A stretch of 64,000 nt of DNA from Trichoplax adhaerens (taxonomy: Eukaryota; Animalia; Placozoa). A program made the translations under genes and the position numbers. Where the stretch lies: positions 1,263,983 through 1,327,982 of the forward strand of contig NW_002060948.1 in assembly GCF_000150275.1 (NCBI RefSeq), in the 5' to 3' direction. Under the pieces are notes generated by a model that saw nothing but the letters and a program-made list of their open reading frames with translations, made no database searches and was not told the DNA's origin. This document shows positions 39,801 to 52,874 of the stretch, piece after piece. Position 1 is the stretch's first letter. Each line of letters opens with the position of its first letter.

Positions 39801-40193
39801 TAACCTTTCAACGTATTATTACCTTGATCAACACTTAGAGAAAGATTGAGTTTTCCTCGTCTCGCATTTATGCTCGGGCGAGCGGTTAACGATTGCTGAC
39901 GAGTAATTTTAGTTGCACGATTGCCTTTTTTTGTACCTCCCTTAACCAACTCCGATACATGAACAGGGAACTCTTCCTGTTCACCATCTGTATTAATTTA
40001 TTTAAAGAAGGTAATATGAAGGATTTGAAAGAGTATTATCAATAAATCATTTATTACATCCTTCGAAGAAAGACCACTGTGCCTTACCTAACACTTTCGT
40101 TTCGGTAGTGCATTGAGTAATGGTCTGTTTACCAATTTTATCACCTGATTTAACAAAGGTATGATTTGTTTCACAAGTACCATTGGCGGCCAT
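36851..40193 (-). CDS. Uncharacterised multi-exon Ser/Lys-rich disordered protein with a short helical C-terminus
   Basis: About 12 GT-AG exons; the junctions checked at both ends join in phase. The protein reads MAANGTCETNH...|DGEQEEFPVH...RQQSL...|...RNRSGSSS...RCGSVDS...|...|DLCGIIDNLKDAYKYIN|MINHLVSLLDVLMVDKSSP|DKILESERQKEEN*, with the stop at 36851-36853. The start may lie further upstream. Confidence 0.75.
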
Positions 40194-43100
40194 ACTTAAT
40201 ACTTTCTGTGTTAATGGCAATGATATTGAATGTGCATTAGCGATTTGATTCTACTTGTGAACTAGATAGATCGTAGGATACTATCGACATTTGTCATGCA
40301 TTTAGTCAATATCGTTAACAAGACTAAAAATTACCTTACTAAATATTTAGACTAGCCAAAGGTTAATTCTTGAATATAGCTAACTGTAAATGTTTGTAAT
40401 ATAGAATAATTTAAGGAAAAAAGGCGTAACTTTTCCATAAAACTAATTATGAAAATATAACTATGCCATTATCATCCATAATGCTATGTAGCGTTAGGAT
40501 CTGGAAGCTGGAGCTAATAAATTTTTGACAACAAAAGTTGTTAGGGTGTACTGTTAATACTGAACGGAACAAAGAGAAATTTGGTATTTACAGTTAACAC
40601 AAACATTACTTCTCCTATGCACAAATTGCCATCAACTGATACTCCAAATGAATACCATTGTACTGTAAAATAAATTTAAAGAGTGCTCCTCAAAATTAAC
40701 AATACTGAGCTAGTACGTCTGACAGTATTTTAGCTCATGCGATTACATCAGTAATCGTTTCTAAATCTTTTTTACACAAGAGCATCTATGGGATTGTTGA
40801 AGCAAAATCGCAAGCTCGAAATAGGTAAGGCCTGCTAAGTCAAAATCGTCGTTATATATTATGCAAAGCTTATCGCTAGAAAAAAGGCGATGTCGGATGG
40901 ATTAACAGACAATCAAATATAATTTTCAGGAAGAACTATGCAACGAAAACTGTACTACAGCTTCATATTTTTACCTACCTCAATGTAGCCTTACAGTTAC
41001 AATATGTAATATCTTTCAAGTGAATGATTGATCATGCCATTAAGTTGGCCAGTAAAGATCTAACAATACTCTTCGAGTACTATTTCAAGAATATAATGCC
41101 AAATACCTATAAACTGCGACAGATAATACAATAAGAATAATAATTCAACGTAATTTTAGTAGATTTACATCAGATAAAGAGCATTAGCGGATTGGGCAAA
41201 GTATTCTACGTTCTTTATTATTATCGGTGACAATATTACTGAAGCTATCAGAGTAAAACGAAAATGTTAATACTTTTTCAAGTTATGATTACGTCAGACA
41301 CGTAACTGTATTAAACTTAAATTTCTAAATTATGAATTCTGATAGAAGTGGTACAAATAGATTTAGAAGTATCCTCTATATATTAGCATACCATAGAACC
41401 ATAAGTAGATCTAATTAATCGTAAGTTAAATTAATTAAAATTGTTTTAGAAATTGAGTTTTCTAGGCTTACATTAGTACTATCGGACTATGGAATCATAA
41501 TTGGATCAAAAATTAAATACTAAGCTATTGATATTTAACAAAGGAAATCAAAATGATAGCTACCGATGTAGTTGAATGAACAGAATATCACTACATCCAT
41601 AAATATCAGACAAATAATAATCAAATTATCAATTTTTATCTCAATCATATTGATCTGCGTCATAGACTTGCGTAGCATGATACAATATCACAACAACTAC
41701 GCAAGGATTCGTGATATATGATGATAAATAATTAATTGCAAGCTATCGCTTATAGTATGAGCTATGAAGCAACTAAATTGAGTAAAATCTCTATTCAGAT
41801 ACGATAATACTGTAATGTGTAAAGCGATAAAATTTTAAATGACACAAACACTAGTCGATAAGCCAATCGCACGAGTGAGAAAATTTGATTCTATGCAAAG
41901 TGTTAAGGTGCTGCAAGTCACAGTACTTTACTTAATTTGTATGATCATTTGAGATGGCGATAATTCGCATTTAGGGTAATTAAGATTTTCAAGTCATAGT
42001 TACAGATGATAATTTGATGCTAATCTAGTGTCATGATATTTTTTGCAATAGCAATAGTGTAGGTTAATCTTGTTGTATTTCAGTATAGCATGAGGAACGA
42101 CTCCTTGAAGACAGTTTAGATAAGACAGCAAATAACAGAAAGACTTACTTTAGATTTACGACTATTCTCCTCCTTGAAAATTTTGAAAATTAATTATATC
42201 TTGAACAATAGAAAATTTTAAAGTTATGCTTTCTCTTTATGTTTATAAAAAAAGCAATAAAAGTTAGAGGGCACAACCTAAATTAGACTAGGTTAGCAAC
42301 AAAAAAGTACCAATAATATCGATATGAAAAGCAAGCGCTTTAATATCAAACTGAAGTGATTCTTCACGAGGTGAGAATATGATACAATCCAACATCCATC
42401 TATAGATTAATGGCACAGACTAGGCTCAATTTAACAAATATCGACCAGATGTTGTTTTTAAACTGAAACAATTGATTCAATATACAAAAAAAGTAAACCA
42501 TAACAAGATAACAATTAAGATAATCAATTACAGCGCAATTAATTACATTACTACAGCATTATGGCATTCATATGAGATTGATTTCATGAGCAGGAGCAGT
42601 ATGGCCATCGTTCGTAAGGTAACAAGGTATCGGAAGTAAATGAATCAATCGCAAAAGCAACTGATGCTAGTTTCTGCCCTTAAATCAAAAAGATGGAAAC
42701 AGACACGATAAAGTATTACTGTACTAGTCATTTTAAGTACTAGTTCTAAACTATTCTGATCTAGATACTATAAGCGTTTGCCCCTGGTATACAAGTAAAT
42801 CATCGCCGAATTACAAGCAAAAACTGAAATTTATAAAGTTAACTGTTTACTAGGTACAGTTAACTCATTCATCATTACCATTTTAGGGACACATAACACA
42901 GATAATTTGAAAGAATACCAATCGACTCGAGTTATCAGCAAAAGAATAGACCTTAACGTTGCCAGACTGATGCTGTTTTCTGCTATTATGTAATAACTTG
43001 ATAATTAATTATATGAATGATTGTATCGCTTTATAGGACTTTCCGTGATAGTTATGCTGTAGACCGGTGTGCAATCTAAAGTACAACTGCTATAATTAAT

Positions 43101-44609
43101 CTTTAGCTGTAAGTCTGCGATATACGGTACTACATCTAACCTACGTATTGCCTTCAAATACAGTTTTGTATATGTCTAACGATGTATGCTAAGTATTACA
43201 TGCAATTTATACCAGAATATCATATTTCATAAAATTAACATTCGGATTCTGGATATAATTGTAGTTGATATACCTATTTGACACTTTATATCTTTTGTAC
43301 CACATCTACATAGAAAATTACAGTAAATACTAGATAAGTTATATTAATGATGATGCAACCTGTTTCCTACATCGCTACAATGTACTAGAGATTTCAATTG
43401 AAAGCAGCAGAAATCCTTATTTCATTTGTAGTCGCTTGACGTCACTAAGCAAGCTAAAGATGAATAAATAATAAATAAAGGTAGATGTTATTATAGCTTA
43501 TCCATCATTGCATTAATATTTGTTGTAAATAAATTGTATTAAATTAGAAGTAAATACAGATGCGAAATGTATTGTCAGCACACCAGGTACCAGGTGCTCC
43601 AACATTACTGCGCAACAATACGAGCTGTATTCCTATACTGTTCATGCGATGTAGATCTATAGAAGTGCTATTTTCAGTTAAAATTTACACTTGTTATTTC
43701 AATCTATTGCACTATATGTATATATACCTGTCTAGTCTGAAATTCAGAATGTTACCAAGTACAGCCTATCCAGAACCATCCTATGACGATAGGTACAAAA
43801 TTTCGTAATTGGCCTAGTTTTCTTGCTAAAGCCGATAGCGTACACTTTAGAGTATTGCATACTTCCATTTATTCTAGATACACCATTAAAAACTTGACTT
43901 ATCCGTTGGACTAGATTATCCCTATGTATGAGAATACCAGCAAGCATATTAAAGTAATGTTTCAGTCCAGCATAAACTTTTCTACACAGTATCAATTAGA
44001 TCCTGATTGAGTCTATCTTAACCATAATAAAGCCTGGAAAGCCGAAATGAAGTTGAGCCTATCTAATATATAATATCAATAAACTGTTTTATGCTGCTTG
44101 TGATTCGTAATGAAATTAATTCTACACATCGGTGATAGTGAGTGATTTCGCTTGACGTTTTTCATAGGATCAGTAAATTCTTTTTAACTGTTGTCAGAGC
44201 ATGTCATAAAATAGTGATGTATTTGAATGATTACTGAGAAAGGACAAATACTAAACAACTTATAGAAAGCAATATCCATTTATTTCTCAGCTATCTTCCG
44301 ATAATACATTGAAGAGACAGGGAATAAAACATTGCAATTTTCATTATATTTTTATGTATCAATTGAATACACAACCGTAATATAAATCAGCAAATAAGTA
44401 TAACGTAAGCCCTTGTATGTCGACAATATAACAAATTTTAACTAAACTAAGCACATGACTAGAATTCATCACGTTACACATTGATATCTTCATACGTCAG
44501 ACAAGCAACGCTATTACGGGCTAAACTACTGTAAATTGAACAAACCCAAGCCAGCGTAATCTTATAGTATTTCAAGATTAACACTTAGTAACATGAATGC
44601 AGGATTTGT

Positions 44610-45404
44610 TTATTTATTGAAACCTTTAATGACCATAGACATCAGCTTGACCCTATCTTCTCTCATGATAGATACTTCTTCTCTCAATAATTTAATTAAG
44701 TCAGTCAAAACATTTAATGGTTCATGTCTATTATTAGCACTAAGAAGTTCTTGCTTCATTTCCAATTTAATCTGTTGTACTTCAATTTCCCGTTCTTTTA
44801 GTTTTATCAGAAAGTCTTGTTTTAAACTTATTTCTTTTCTGGCTAACTTAAGCTCCGTGACAATGTCGGTAAGCTGACTTTGTAAATTTTTTAGGTCAGG
44901 GCCTGTCGATAATTCCAAACGGTTGTTATCATTTAATCGAGATTCTGTGTCGCCATCGACTGAAATTTCCGATTCACTTGATTCAGGAGCATTGCCATCA
45001 TTTGGGATATTGGTAATGTCAGTAGTGGAGGTATTTAACGAATCTCTAGATCGAAGCTGCTTTGAGTGGCTATAAGGTAATTTGTTCTTTTCGCTTAACC
45101 TCTTTAGTTCTAATAATTTTTGAACTAACATGTCTCTTTCACGATGATCTGTTGTTGACCCAGATAATCTACGATATTTAGAATCCGTTTTCCGCTTTCC
45201 ATAAGTTACTAAGTTTGCTATCCTAATTCGACACTTGTGATGATCAACAGCAATCTTGCAGCTATTGCTAACATGATCGGCTATTTCTTGCCAAATAGGC
45301 ATCATAAATCCTCGAGCCATTCTAAACGGATCCATTTCAAGTGTCTTTCTTAGCAAGACTATGTCAATTTTAACCGTAAATCGGAAGCCAGTAGAACTAG
45401 TCAT
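44610..45404 (-). CDS. Myb/SANT-like (trihelix) DNA-binding protein with C-terminal coiled coil, of the PIF/Harbinger ORF2 type
   Basis: Uninterrupted 264-aa ORF: FRFTVKIDIVLLRKTLEMDPF...G..MPIWQEIADHV...HKCRIRIANLV...RRLSGSTTDHRERDMLVQKLLEL, then an acidic/Ser linker and heptad-rich LKEREIEVQQIKLEMKQELL. A splice acceptor lies immediately before the ATG. Confidence 0.7.
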   Translation of the reverse strand: MTSSTGFRFTVKIDIVLLRKTLEMDPFRMARGFMMPIWQEIADHVSNSCKIAVDHHKCRIRIANLVTYGKRKTDSKYRRLSGSTTDHRERDMLVQKLLELKRLSEKNKLPYSHSKQLRSRDSLNTSTTDITNIPNDGNAPESSESEISVDGDTESRLNDNNRLELSTGPDLKNLQSQLTDIVTELKLARKEISLKQDFLIKLKEREIEVQQIKLEMKQELLSANNRHEPLNVLTDLIKLLREEVSIMREDRVKLMSMVIKGFNK

Positions 45405-48400
45405 CTAGGTACAACAATTACATCCAAATTTAAAAATTACTTTAAGTTTATTCTACAAGGGATATTCTACCTCTACATTTATATAACTGTGGCGCTCATT
45501 TTTTTTAGCATACTAGATGAAGATTATTCAGTTTGAGCAACATTGATGACGTTATTCTACCTAGGCGATCATTACACCTACGAGTATTGACAATTTCTTG
45601 TTGCATTCATTTAACTTATCCTCTTTGTAATAAACGTTTACAGTACACCATCATCACCAACTAGAAATAATGTAGCTGTACAAGTTGGATAGCTAGTTCC
45701 AAGTTAGCACCAGTGAACCTCTAGCATCATTTGGCCAAGCTATAGTCGTCAGCGTTTATCTAGAACTGGTTATGATACAACTACCAACACTACTAATTCA
45801 TACTACAAACTGCGATCATCTGCAACATTTATCCAGGCATGAACAATGGTAATTAGTATATAAGCAAAACAAGATAGCATAAAATAAAATAAAATTGAAT
45901 TTGTAGTTCATTGAATTTAGCAACCATGACCATACTGTCGTTATGCAATTAACTAATTATATAATCAATCGATATACGCGTACCAAACCGAAAATTGTAT
46001 ACAAATCGCGTCTTTAATTCTATCACAAGTACCAGAACGCGAATAATTTATTTGGATCGCATTGCTGACTAATTCGATATGAAACTGCGAGCACGTTACA
46101 AACACTACAGCAACAGCTTAAACATGTGGACATACAGTATAATAAAATAATTAATAATGCCTTGATTTAAAATAAATTCAGTTATACCAAATGTAAACTA
46201 GAAATTAGTTAGTTTGTTTCCAATTGAAATATCCTATTATGAATAAAAATGTACTGTCAGCTGTATCCTAAATTTGCATTTTTAATCAATTTTTTCATTT
46301 TTATAAAACTGCTGTATAGATCATATCTCATCAAATTGTAATTTTTCATGCGTACAAACAGTTATACATTGTAATTAATACTTGATATTTTCTATGCCAT
46401 GCTGTTTACAATAAGTATTAAAAGATTAATTACACTCAGTATGCATAAATAGGCAAATATGCAAGCTAGCGTATATTCTAATCAGGAACTAGTAAGCTCG
46501 ATTTTTTTTTTCTATAGAAAACTTAGTTTAGTTATCCTTGCCGTAATCGACATTCGATAATTCTACTAAATTCCATCAAAACAGTAATAAAGATAGTAAA
46601 ATTGCATGTGAGTACAATTACAGTCAGATATACTATGTATAATTGTACATGTTGCATTGTGATCAATTGATTATTAGTAATATCAAGTTATATATTTTGC
46701 TAACGACTTTTATGCTAAACAGATGAAATTATACCAGCACTTAAGCAGTCTAAAGCTGCAATCGATAAAATTGCCAGCTTATAAGTTGCTGCATATAACA
46801 CGATCGACACTTAATATCTCTGCATGACCTTAACCTTAATACTTATGTCAAGATTAATAAAATATCTTGCGCGTTACATGCAACTTTCGATTTCTTTACT
46901 GTATAATGTCAAAGGCTTACAGATATAAATACGTATTGCGTACACATAAACTTCTGTAACTATCTACCATGACTGACTTTCAATATTTTCTATGCTATAG
47001 AGCACGGTATATTTCGTCAAGGGCATAATTTCCACATCAGCCGTATACTGCAAGTACATGCTCTATATTCTCACAGTATTCGTATCATAGCATCCAAGAC
47101 AGCTAAAAAAATTTCACGCATAAGCTATAATGCGGCGATTTTTAAATTTCAATATGTTCATGATGCAGCATATATTTTACCAAGACTATCGTAAGATAAC
47201 ATGCTAAAAAGAAACACATAATGTCCCATCATGATTGCTCACATCACAGAAAACCTCTTTAACCAACTCTCGTTGTATTATCAAATATGAGGTATTCACC
47301 CATAGTTGTCGGAAGTATTCTAACAGCGACTTTAATAGTAGAATTGCTAGTTTAGGGATAGATGGACAAAATAAAATGATATTACTCTTATTCTTGATAT
47401 GTAATGCAAAATAGTGACGCACAGTGGCTAAACAAAATCTAATCTTGTAATCCTATGCGCAAAAGATTTTTTCCTGTAATTGAAAGGCATATTTGCAGTA
47501 CTGTACAATTAGATACTGTGTACTGTATACGGGTACAGAGTATAATGATTTACAGAGTTTATTTACAGTATAGTATCAAGTGACTACAGACTTGTTGCTT
47601 TGTACGCAGGTCCAGGTAACCAACCATTCTCTTCTGCTACTATAGCGTAAATAGGTAAAAATTATTAATAGCAACCCACTGGAACCGGTAATACATCAAA
47701 AAAATTACAGGAAATGTTTAATAAATAAATATTGGCTTTACCTTTGTCATAAATTAGGAATTTCTAATAACTCCGCTGGCTATGTGATGTTATAATTGAC
47801 ATAAAATTAGTCACAGTAGTCTAAACTTCATTTACAACAGCATATGGGCAGCTATAGAGATTCATCTTGCATGCATATCTATTTCTACACATTTACTTTT
47901 CTTTTTATGTGATTACTGGATGATAGCTATTTTTTAGAGTTAATAAATAAATTACGGGAAGTTAAATTAATTTTATTATTTTTTATGCATGCTTGTCGTA
48001 GCATCATTGTGCCGTGTAAGTAGTGTCGATCATATTATGTTTTCAGAATTACTGTTAAGAAAACATTATAATACTATTTATACCGGTATGTATCGTCAAA
48101 GTACGGTAAGTCTCGATAAAGAATAACTAGATAGCAATTAAAGTAATATAGTAATATGAACATTGTAATTAATACGTAGGCAGAGACAAGAAAGTTAGTC
48201 AATATTGTACTTGGTATTATACAATAATACCATAAGTATATTACCTATAACTCTTACTTTCGCTGTGAGCCAGCAATTTCATTATTGCAGCTTGGATATA
48301 TCAAATGAACTATTTTGGGCTCGATATTACAGATTAAATTATATTTTCATATATTGCCTATCACATAGCATCATTTCAAGGAAGGCAAAAATTCTAAATT

Positions 48401-51400
48401 CTATCTTAAATAATTGTTATCTTGTTAGTATCTGGATACAAAGGTAAATTTACCTTTCATGAATACTCTTGGGTGAAATTATTAACAGCAGTAATTGTTA
48501 TTTAACGACTATCTGTTGCCTGTTAATAAAGACCATAAATGTTTAAAATTGGACTGGGAAGGTCACGACTCTATCGTAAATTATCATCAAGTAGAATTCA
48601 ATTAGAATTAATAAATAAAATAGTAAAATTCAAATCCAGTTAAAATATCAGTGGATAGTAGTAGTTTTTATTGCAATTTATTAGGAGGCCAATATTAGCA
48701 GAGGATGAGGATTAACAATTATAGAAAGACCTTCCTTATATACAACAGACAAAAACATCTTGTACCATCTTACTAGTAACTACAGTATAACTTTCTACAG
48801 TAATTAGCACACAAACGTCAACAGCTACTGAAGTTCGTTAATCTTGTAGACGTTACATTAAATTAGAATTAATAAAAGAATTTTACATAAAACATAATCC
48901 ATCCTACTGGCTGAATGTTGTCAGCAGTTGGGTTGCAACAATAAAAGTAGGATTATAAACGAAATGCCTAAAACTAGTCGGTAAGCAAAACAAAACACGA
49001 TCAGCGTTGCTGAATTTCAATGGCACCTTTGATCATCAATACAGAAAACGATTTTAAGTTCAACAAGGCTTGATTGTACGATCAATCAATAGAAATTATT
49101 GACTTAGTTTTTATATTGTTTAGTGGTAGCATGGGAAGTCATAGGGTTTGCACCTTATTTATCAAATCTTTTATTTGGCTGATCTTTGAATTGGTCTAGT
49201 CAAGGACTTGTACAAGAAAAAGCTAAAAAAATCCCTTGGCCTAGTATGATGACTCAGATTATGATTGCGTTGATCACTTACTGATTTCAGAAAAGGTACA
49301 GGCGCAGTCTATTGGCGTTGCGTTTCTTCTCTTTCTTGGAAATAATTAATCAATTCTTTTCTTCGACGGTTGAATAATTAAGTGGAACAATACTCTAGTT
49401 GAGTGCATATTACAAATATATTTGTATACTAAATATAATATAATCAACGTAAATATGCTACAATCGAATTCCATTAGAATATAACTAGAGAATCCACAGT
49501 ACGGTCATTATATTACCCTACTACAAGTTTTGTTTTTCTAGTTAGAGTAGATTCCGGCCGGTGTCATCAATCCAATTTATACTGTGACTCTGTGAGTCTG
49601 CTTTTATTTCTCACTTTTTAGCTTTGAACATCAATTGAAAGTCTGTCACCGTATTTACTGTTATAACGAACATGAACGTCAGCCGTAGATTGCTAGCTGG
49701 CTTGATTTCTTTGCCGAAACCTACCAGTAAACTAACTGGAATCCTTTCTAAGGTAAGCCAAGATATGGAAAAAAAATGATCTAACCCCGTCTTCGAATTA
49801 AAAGAGATCGTAAACAAATTGATTCATTGTTAATGACGCCATAATATACGTTGTCTACATTTTCAACTTCTTATACAAATCGTCGTAGGAAACAGATGAC
49901 GAATACTAACATCTGTATTCTTCATCAACTGTACGATAGTTATCGATCGTTTTCAAGTAATTCTTTTTATAAAGCTTAATCGAATACGATAGGATACTGG
50001 CAATATAAGACTCTATTTCTCGAACGGTTGGTAATCGGTCGATGATAGTCTTTCACGTAGTCAACTTCCTATGGGATAAATCGAGCAAAACATTGATAGT
50101 AGTCTTATTTCAAAGTGTACCATTATATCTGATAGAAATGCACCGTTTCAACAGTGTTTACTGTTTTTCGACCAATTTTACCAGTGCATATTACTATACA
50201 ATGAAACAATCTATTCTTTAGCGGTACGATCATTTGCCGTTAGAGTAGCTATATTTCTTTCATTCCTGTTTTTTTTACTTAATTTTGTTTTATCAGTGAC
50301 TTTTTCTTATTGTATACTACGGTATATTAAATCCTACACTGAACAGAAAGTATGTAGTTAACCCATAAAGTGATTCTATCAAGATTCTACTTAATTTAAT
50401 TGCCCGAAATGGAGCATATGGTTAAAGGTTGTGTTCTTCAAAATAACGTTCACTCTGAAATACTATAATAGTATTTATACAGTAAATATGAAAGAAAAAG
50501 CACTTTTGTACTGTAGTTTTATTACAATTTTCATAGCATTTTATGCCGTTGGCAATAGTCGTACCGTTCTACATTTCGCTCAATTTGCTGTAATTGATGG
50601 AGAGACCCAGACTACGCAATATAGCTAATTCATAGCAGTAATAACGAAGAGGATTTCCAGTTATTTTTAAAGTTTTTAACTACCGGTTTATTTTTGATGA
50701 CGTTTTTCTCTTCTTTACTACCGGGCACTACACAATTTGTTTACTACGCCACAGTGGCGGGAGTACAGTACGTTCCTGGCGGTGCCACTCCACTTCATGA
50801 CATCCATTCAGCTTAGTTACTTGTATAGTCATCAACGGCATGTTTAGGTATTAATACTATTATTATACTAAGTAAGTCGTTTAGTCCTTGACCTTACCTC
50901 TGCCCTGCCCCTATGGCTATTGTGGACACTTCAACAACATCTGCCATACTACGCAAATAACTAATGGCAATAAAGTTTTCAATTTCATTTTAGGATAGTA
51001 TAACTTCAACATCACAATTCTAAGGATTTGATAAACTCAATTCTTTCGCTAGTAATCAAATCCTAACGATTGACATGTTTGGCTATACTGTACATGCAAA
51101 TCGGCAGAGTACAATAGCACATAAGCATGTTGTATTTGATTCAAAGCCAATCCACTACTTATTTTCTGTTCTTAAAACATGGCAATAACAAGCACTCCAA
51201 AAGAATGAATAATGCTGAAAATATGCCAAATGAATATTTTATGAGTCATACAAATTCAGTCTGTGTTGATTTAGCGGTTGCTATATTTACCATTTAACAA
51301 CGATGATCTATACTACCCAGTAGTACGGAACTAGAGCTCGCGAAGAATACCTTTTAATCTGCATATCATTTCGATACGGCGTAGCCTGTCTGATGTATAA

Positions 51401-51842
51401 CCCCTTCCCCAATAATGAAGTTTAGCTACTAATATTGCCTGGGGGAATTATACAGCATAAAATTTGAAAGAGTTTTGTAAATGCAATTAATACAACTGCA
51501 CTCAATAATCCTTAAGTAATGAATTTAACGCATCTCGTAAATGATCAATATATATTCATCAAAGTTTTTTCAAAATGACTACGAATATAAGGGATATGTA
51601 CATTACGGCTAAATGTCGCATGTTGAACAATCGGCTAGTGCCATCGTACAGTATTGATTATTTTTTTAGTTGACACTTACGCATTTTATAGAATATCTAA
51701 TCGACTCCATATTGTTATATGACAATAATTTATAATTTTACTTATTTATTACGCCAGGAATAATAATAAATAAGCAATTAATCTTATCGAATCATTATAT
51801 GGGAATACTATTTGATTACATTATATCAATTTTCTTTTTTAG

Positions 51843-52874
51843 AATAATCGCTACCTAAATACAACTGCATCATTGCAATGTCAAGCAAATTTTACTCGCT
51901 TTGCTATACCAACCATTTTAAAACGCTTTATTGAGCCACGTTATGTCGACATAACTGGATATGTACGTAACGGTGAAGTTCTTAAAATGATTGAGGAAGT
52001 TGGGCAAGTTGCTGTACGTAGATATTGGATGGGCGATATTTCTCCAGGGTTGACTACCAAATTTGGTATTTTAGCCGGTATTGATAAATTGAATTTTCGA
52101 CAACATTTACTTCCTGAAGATTATGTTCATCTACATGCAAGGGTCAATTATGTTTCACAACATTCTCTTGAAGTCCAAGTTGACGTTTATGCAGAAGATT
52201 TATCGACCCATGAACGACGATTAGCAAATAGCGTTTCAATATGGTATGTGGCTGCTGAAGTAATGAAGGATAGGAGAGTTCGAGTTATGCAATTGCCTCC
52301 ATTATATTATGAATGCGCAGAAGATGAAGATAAAGGCCATGAAAGATATCAATTACAACGAGAAAAGCGATCCATGGATTATCAACTCTACTTAGATTAT
52401 AAGTTTCCTGCAAGGTTATATGAAGATTGGAATACAAATATTGATTATAAGAATGTCCCAAAGCATTGCGTTCAATCATCACAAATGTCGTTAGATCGCA
52501 TGGTTCAAACTTCAGACTGTAGTGCTCTCGGATTCGCTACTGCATCGCCGATCATAGAATTAATGGATACAACAGCAGTTATGGCAGCGTCTAAGCATTG
52601 TGATAATGCTTGCAAAACTTTGTGTATTGATTCTATCAACTTTCATCATCCAGTACGTATTGATTCCTTGCTAACAGCAGTTGCCAAAATCTCGTCAACA
52701 TCCAAGCATTCGCTTAATCTTGAAATTGCGGCAATAGCTGAAGATCTAAGTACCGGTCAGAGAGAATTTGTTGCCAATGGTTTCTTCAAATTACTTTCTG
52801 CAGATGAAGAAGGTAATCCTCTACCTGTACCACCACTGATAGATGTAGGCGAGCTAGAACAACTGAGGCTCTAA
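51843..52874 (+). CDS. Double hot-dog acyl-CoA thioesterase (ACOT7/BACH-like), divergent
   Basis: Two hot-dog repeats: GEVLKMIEEVG...ARVNYVSQHSLEVQVDVYAEDL and DCSALGF...LMDTTAVMAASKHC...IDSINFHHPVRID...TSKHSLNLEI...PLPVPPL. Phase-0 acceptor at 51842/51843. A possible first exon is 51613-51645 (MSHVEQSASAI). Confidence 0.85.
   Translation, partial: NNRYLNTTASLQCQANFTRFAIPTILKRFIEPRYVDITGYVRNGEVLKMIEEVGQVAVRRYWMGDISPGLTTKFGILAGIDKLNFRQHLLPEDYVHLHARVNYVSQHSLEVQVDVYAEDLSTHERRLANSVSIWYVAAEVMKDRRVRVMQLPPLYYECAEDEDKGHERYQLQREKRSMDYQLYLDYKFPARLYEDWNTNIDYKNVPKHCVQSSQMSLDRMVQTSDCSALGFATASPIIELMDTTAVMAASKHCDNACKTLCIDSINFHHPVRIDSLLTAVAKISSTSKHSLNLEIAAIAEDLSTGQREFVANGFFKLLSADEEGNPLPVPPLIDVGELEQLRL

Noticed and set aside
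47420-47441. RSS/Transib-like CACAGTG followed by ACAAAATCT
   Set aside because: The spacer is about 5 nt rather than 12 or 23, and there is no partner end or transposase. CACAGTG is expected by chance given the CAGTG-rich background.
52860-52874. Peroxisomal gene cluster (GNPAT, ACOT, PEX6)
   Set aside because: The ACOT ends in LRL, which is not a canonical PTS1, and ACOT7-type enzymes are cytosolic. GNPAT and PEX6 are about 50 kb apart with unrelated genes between them.
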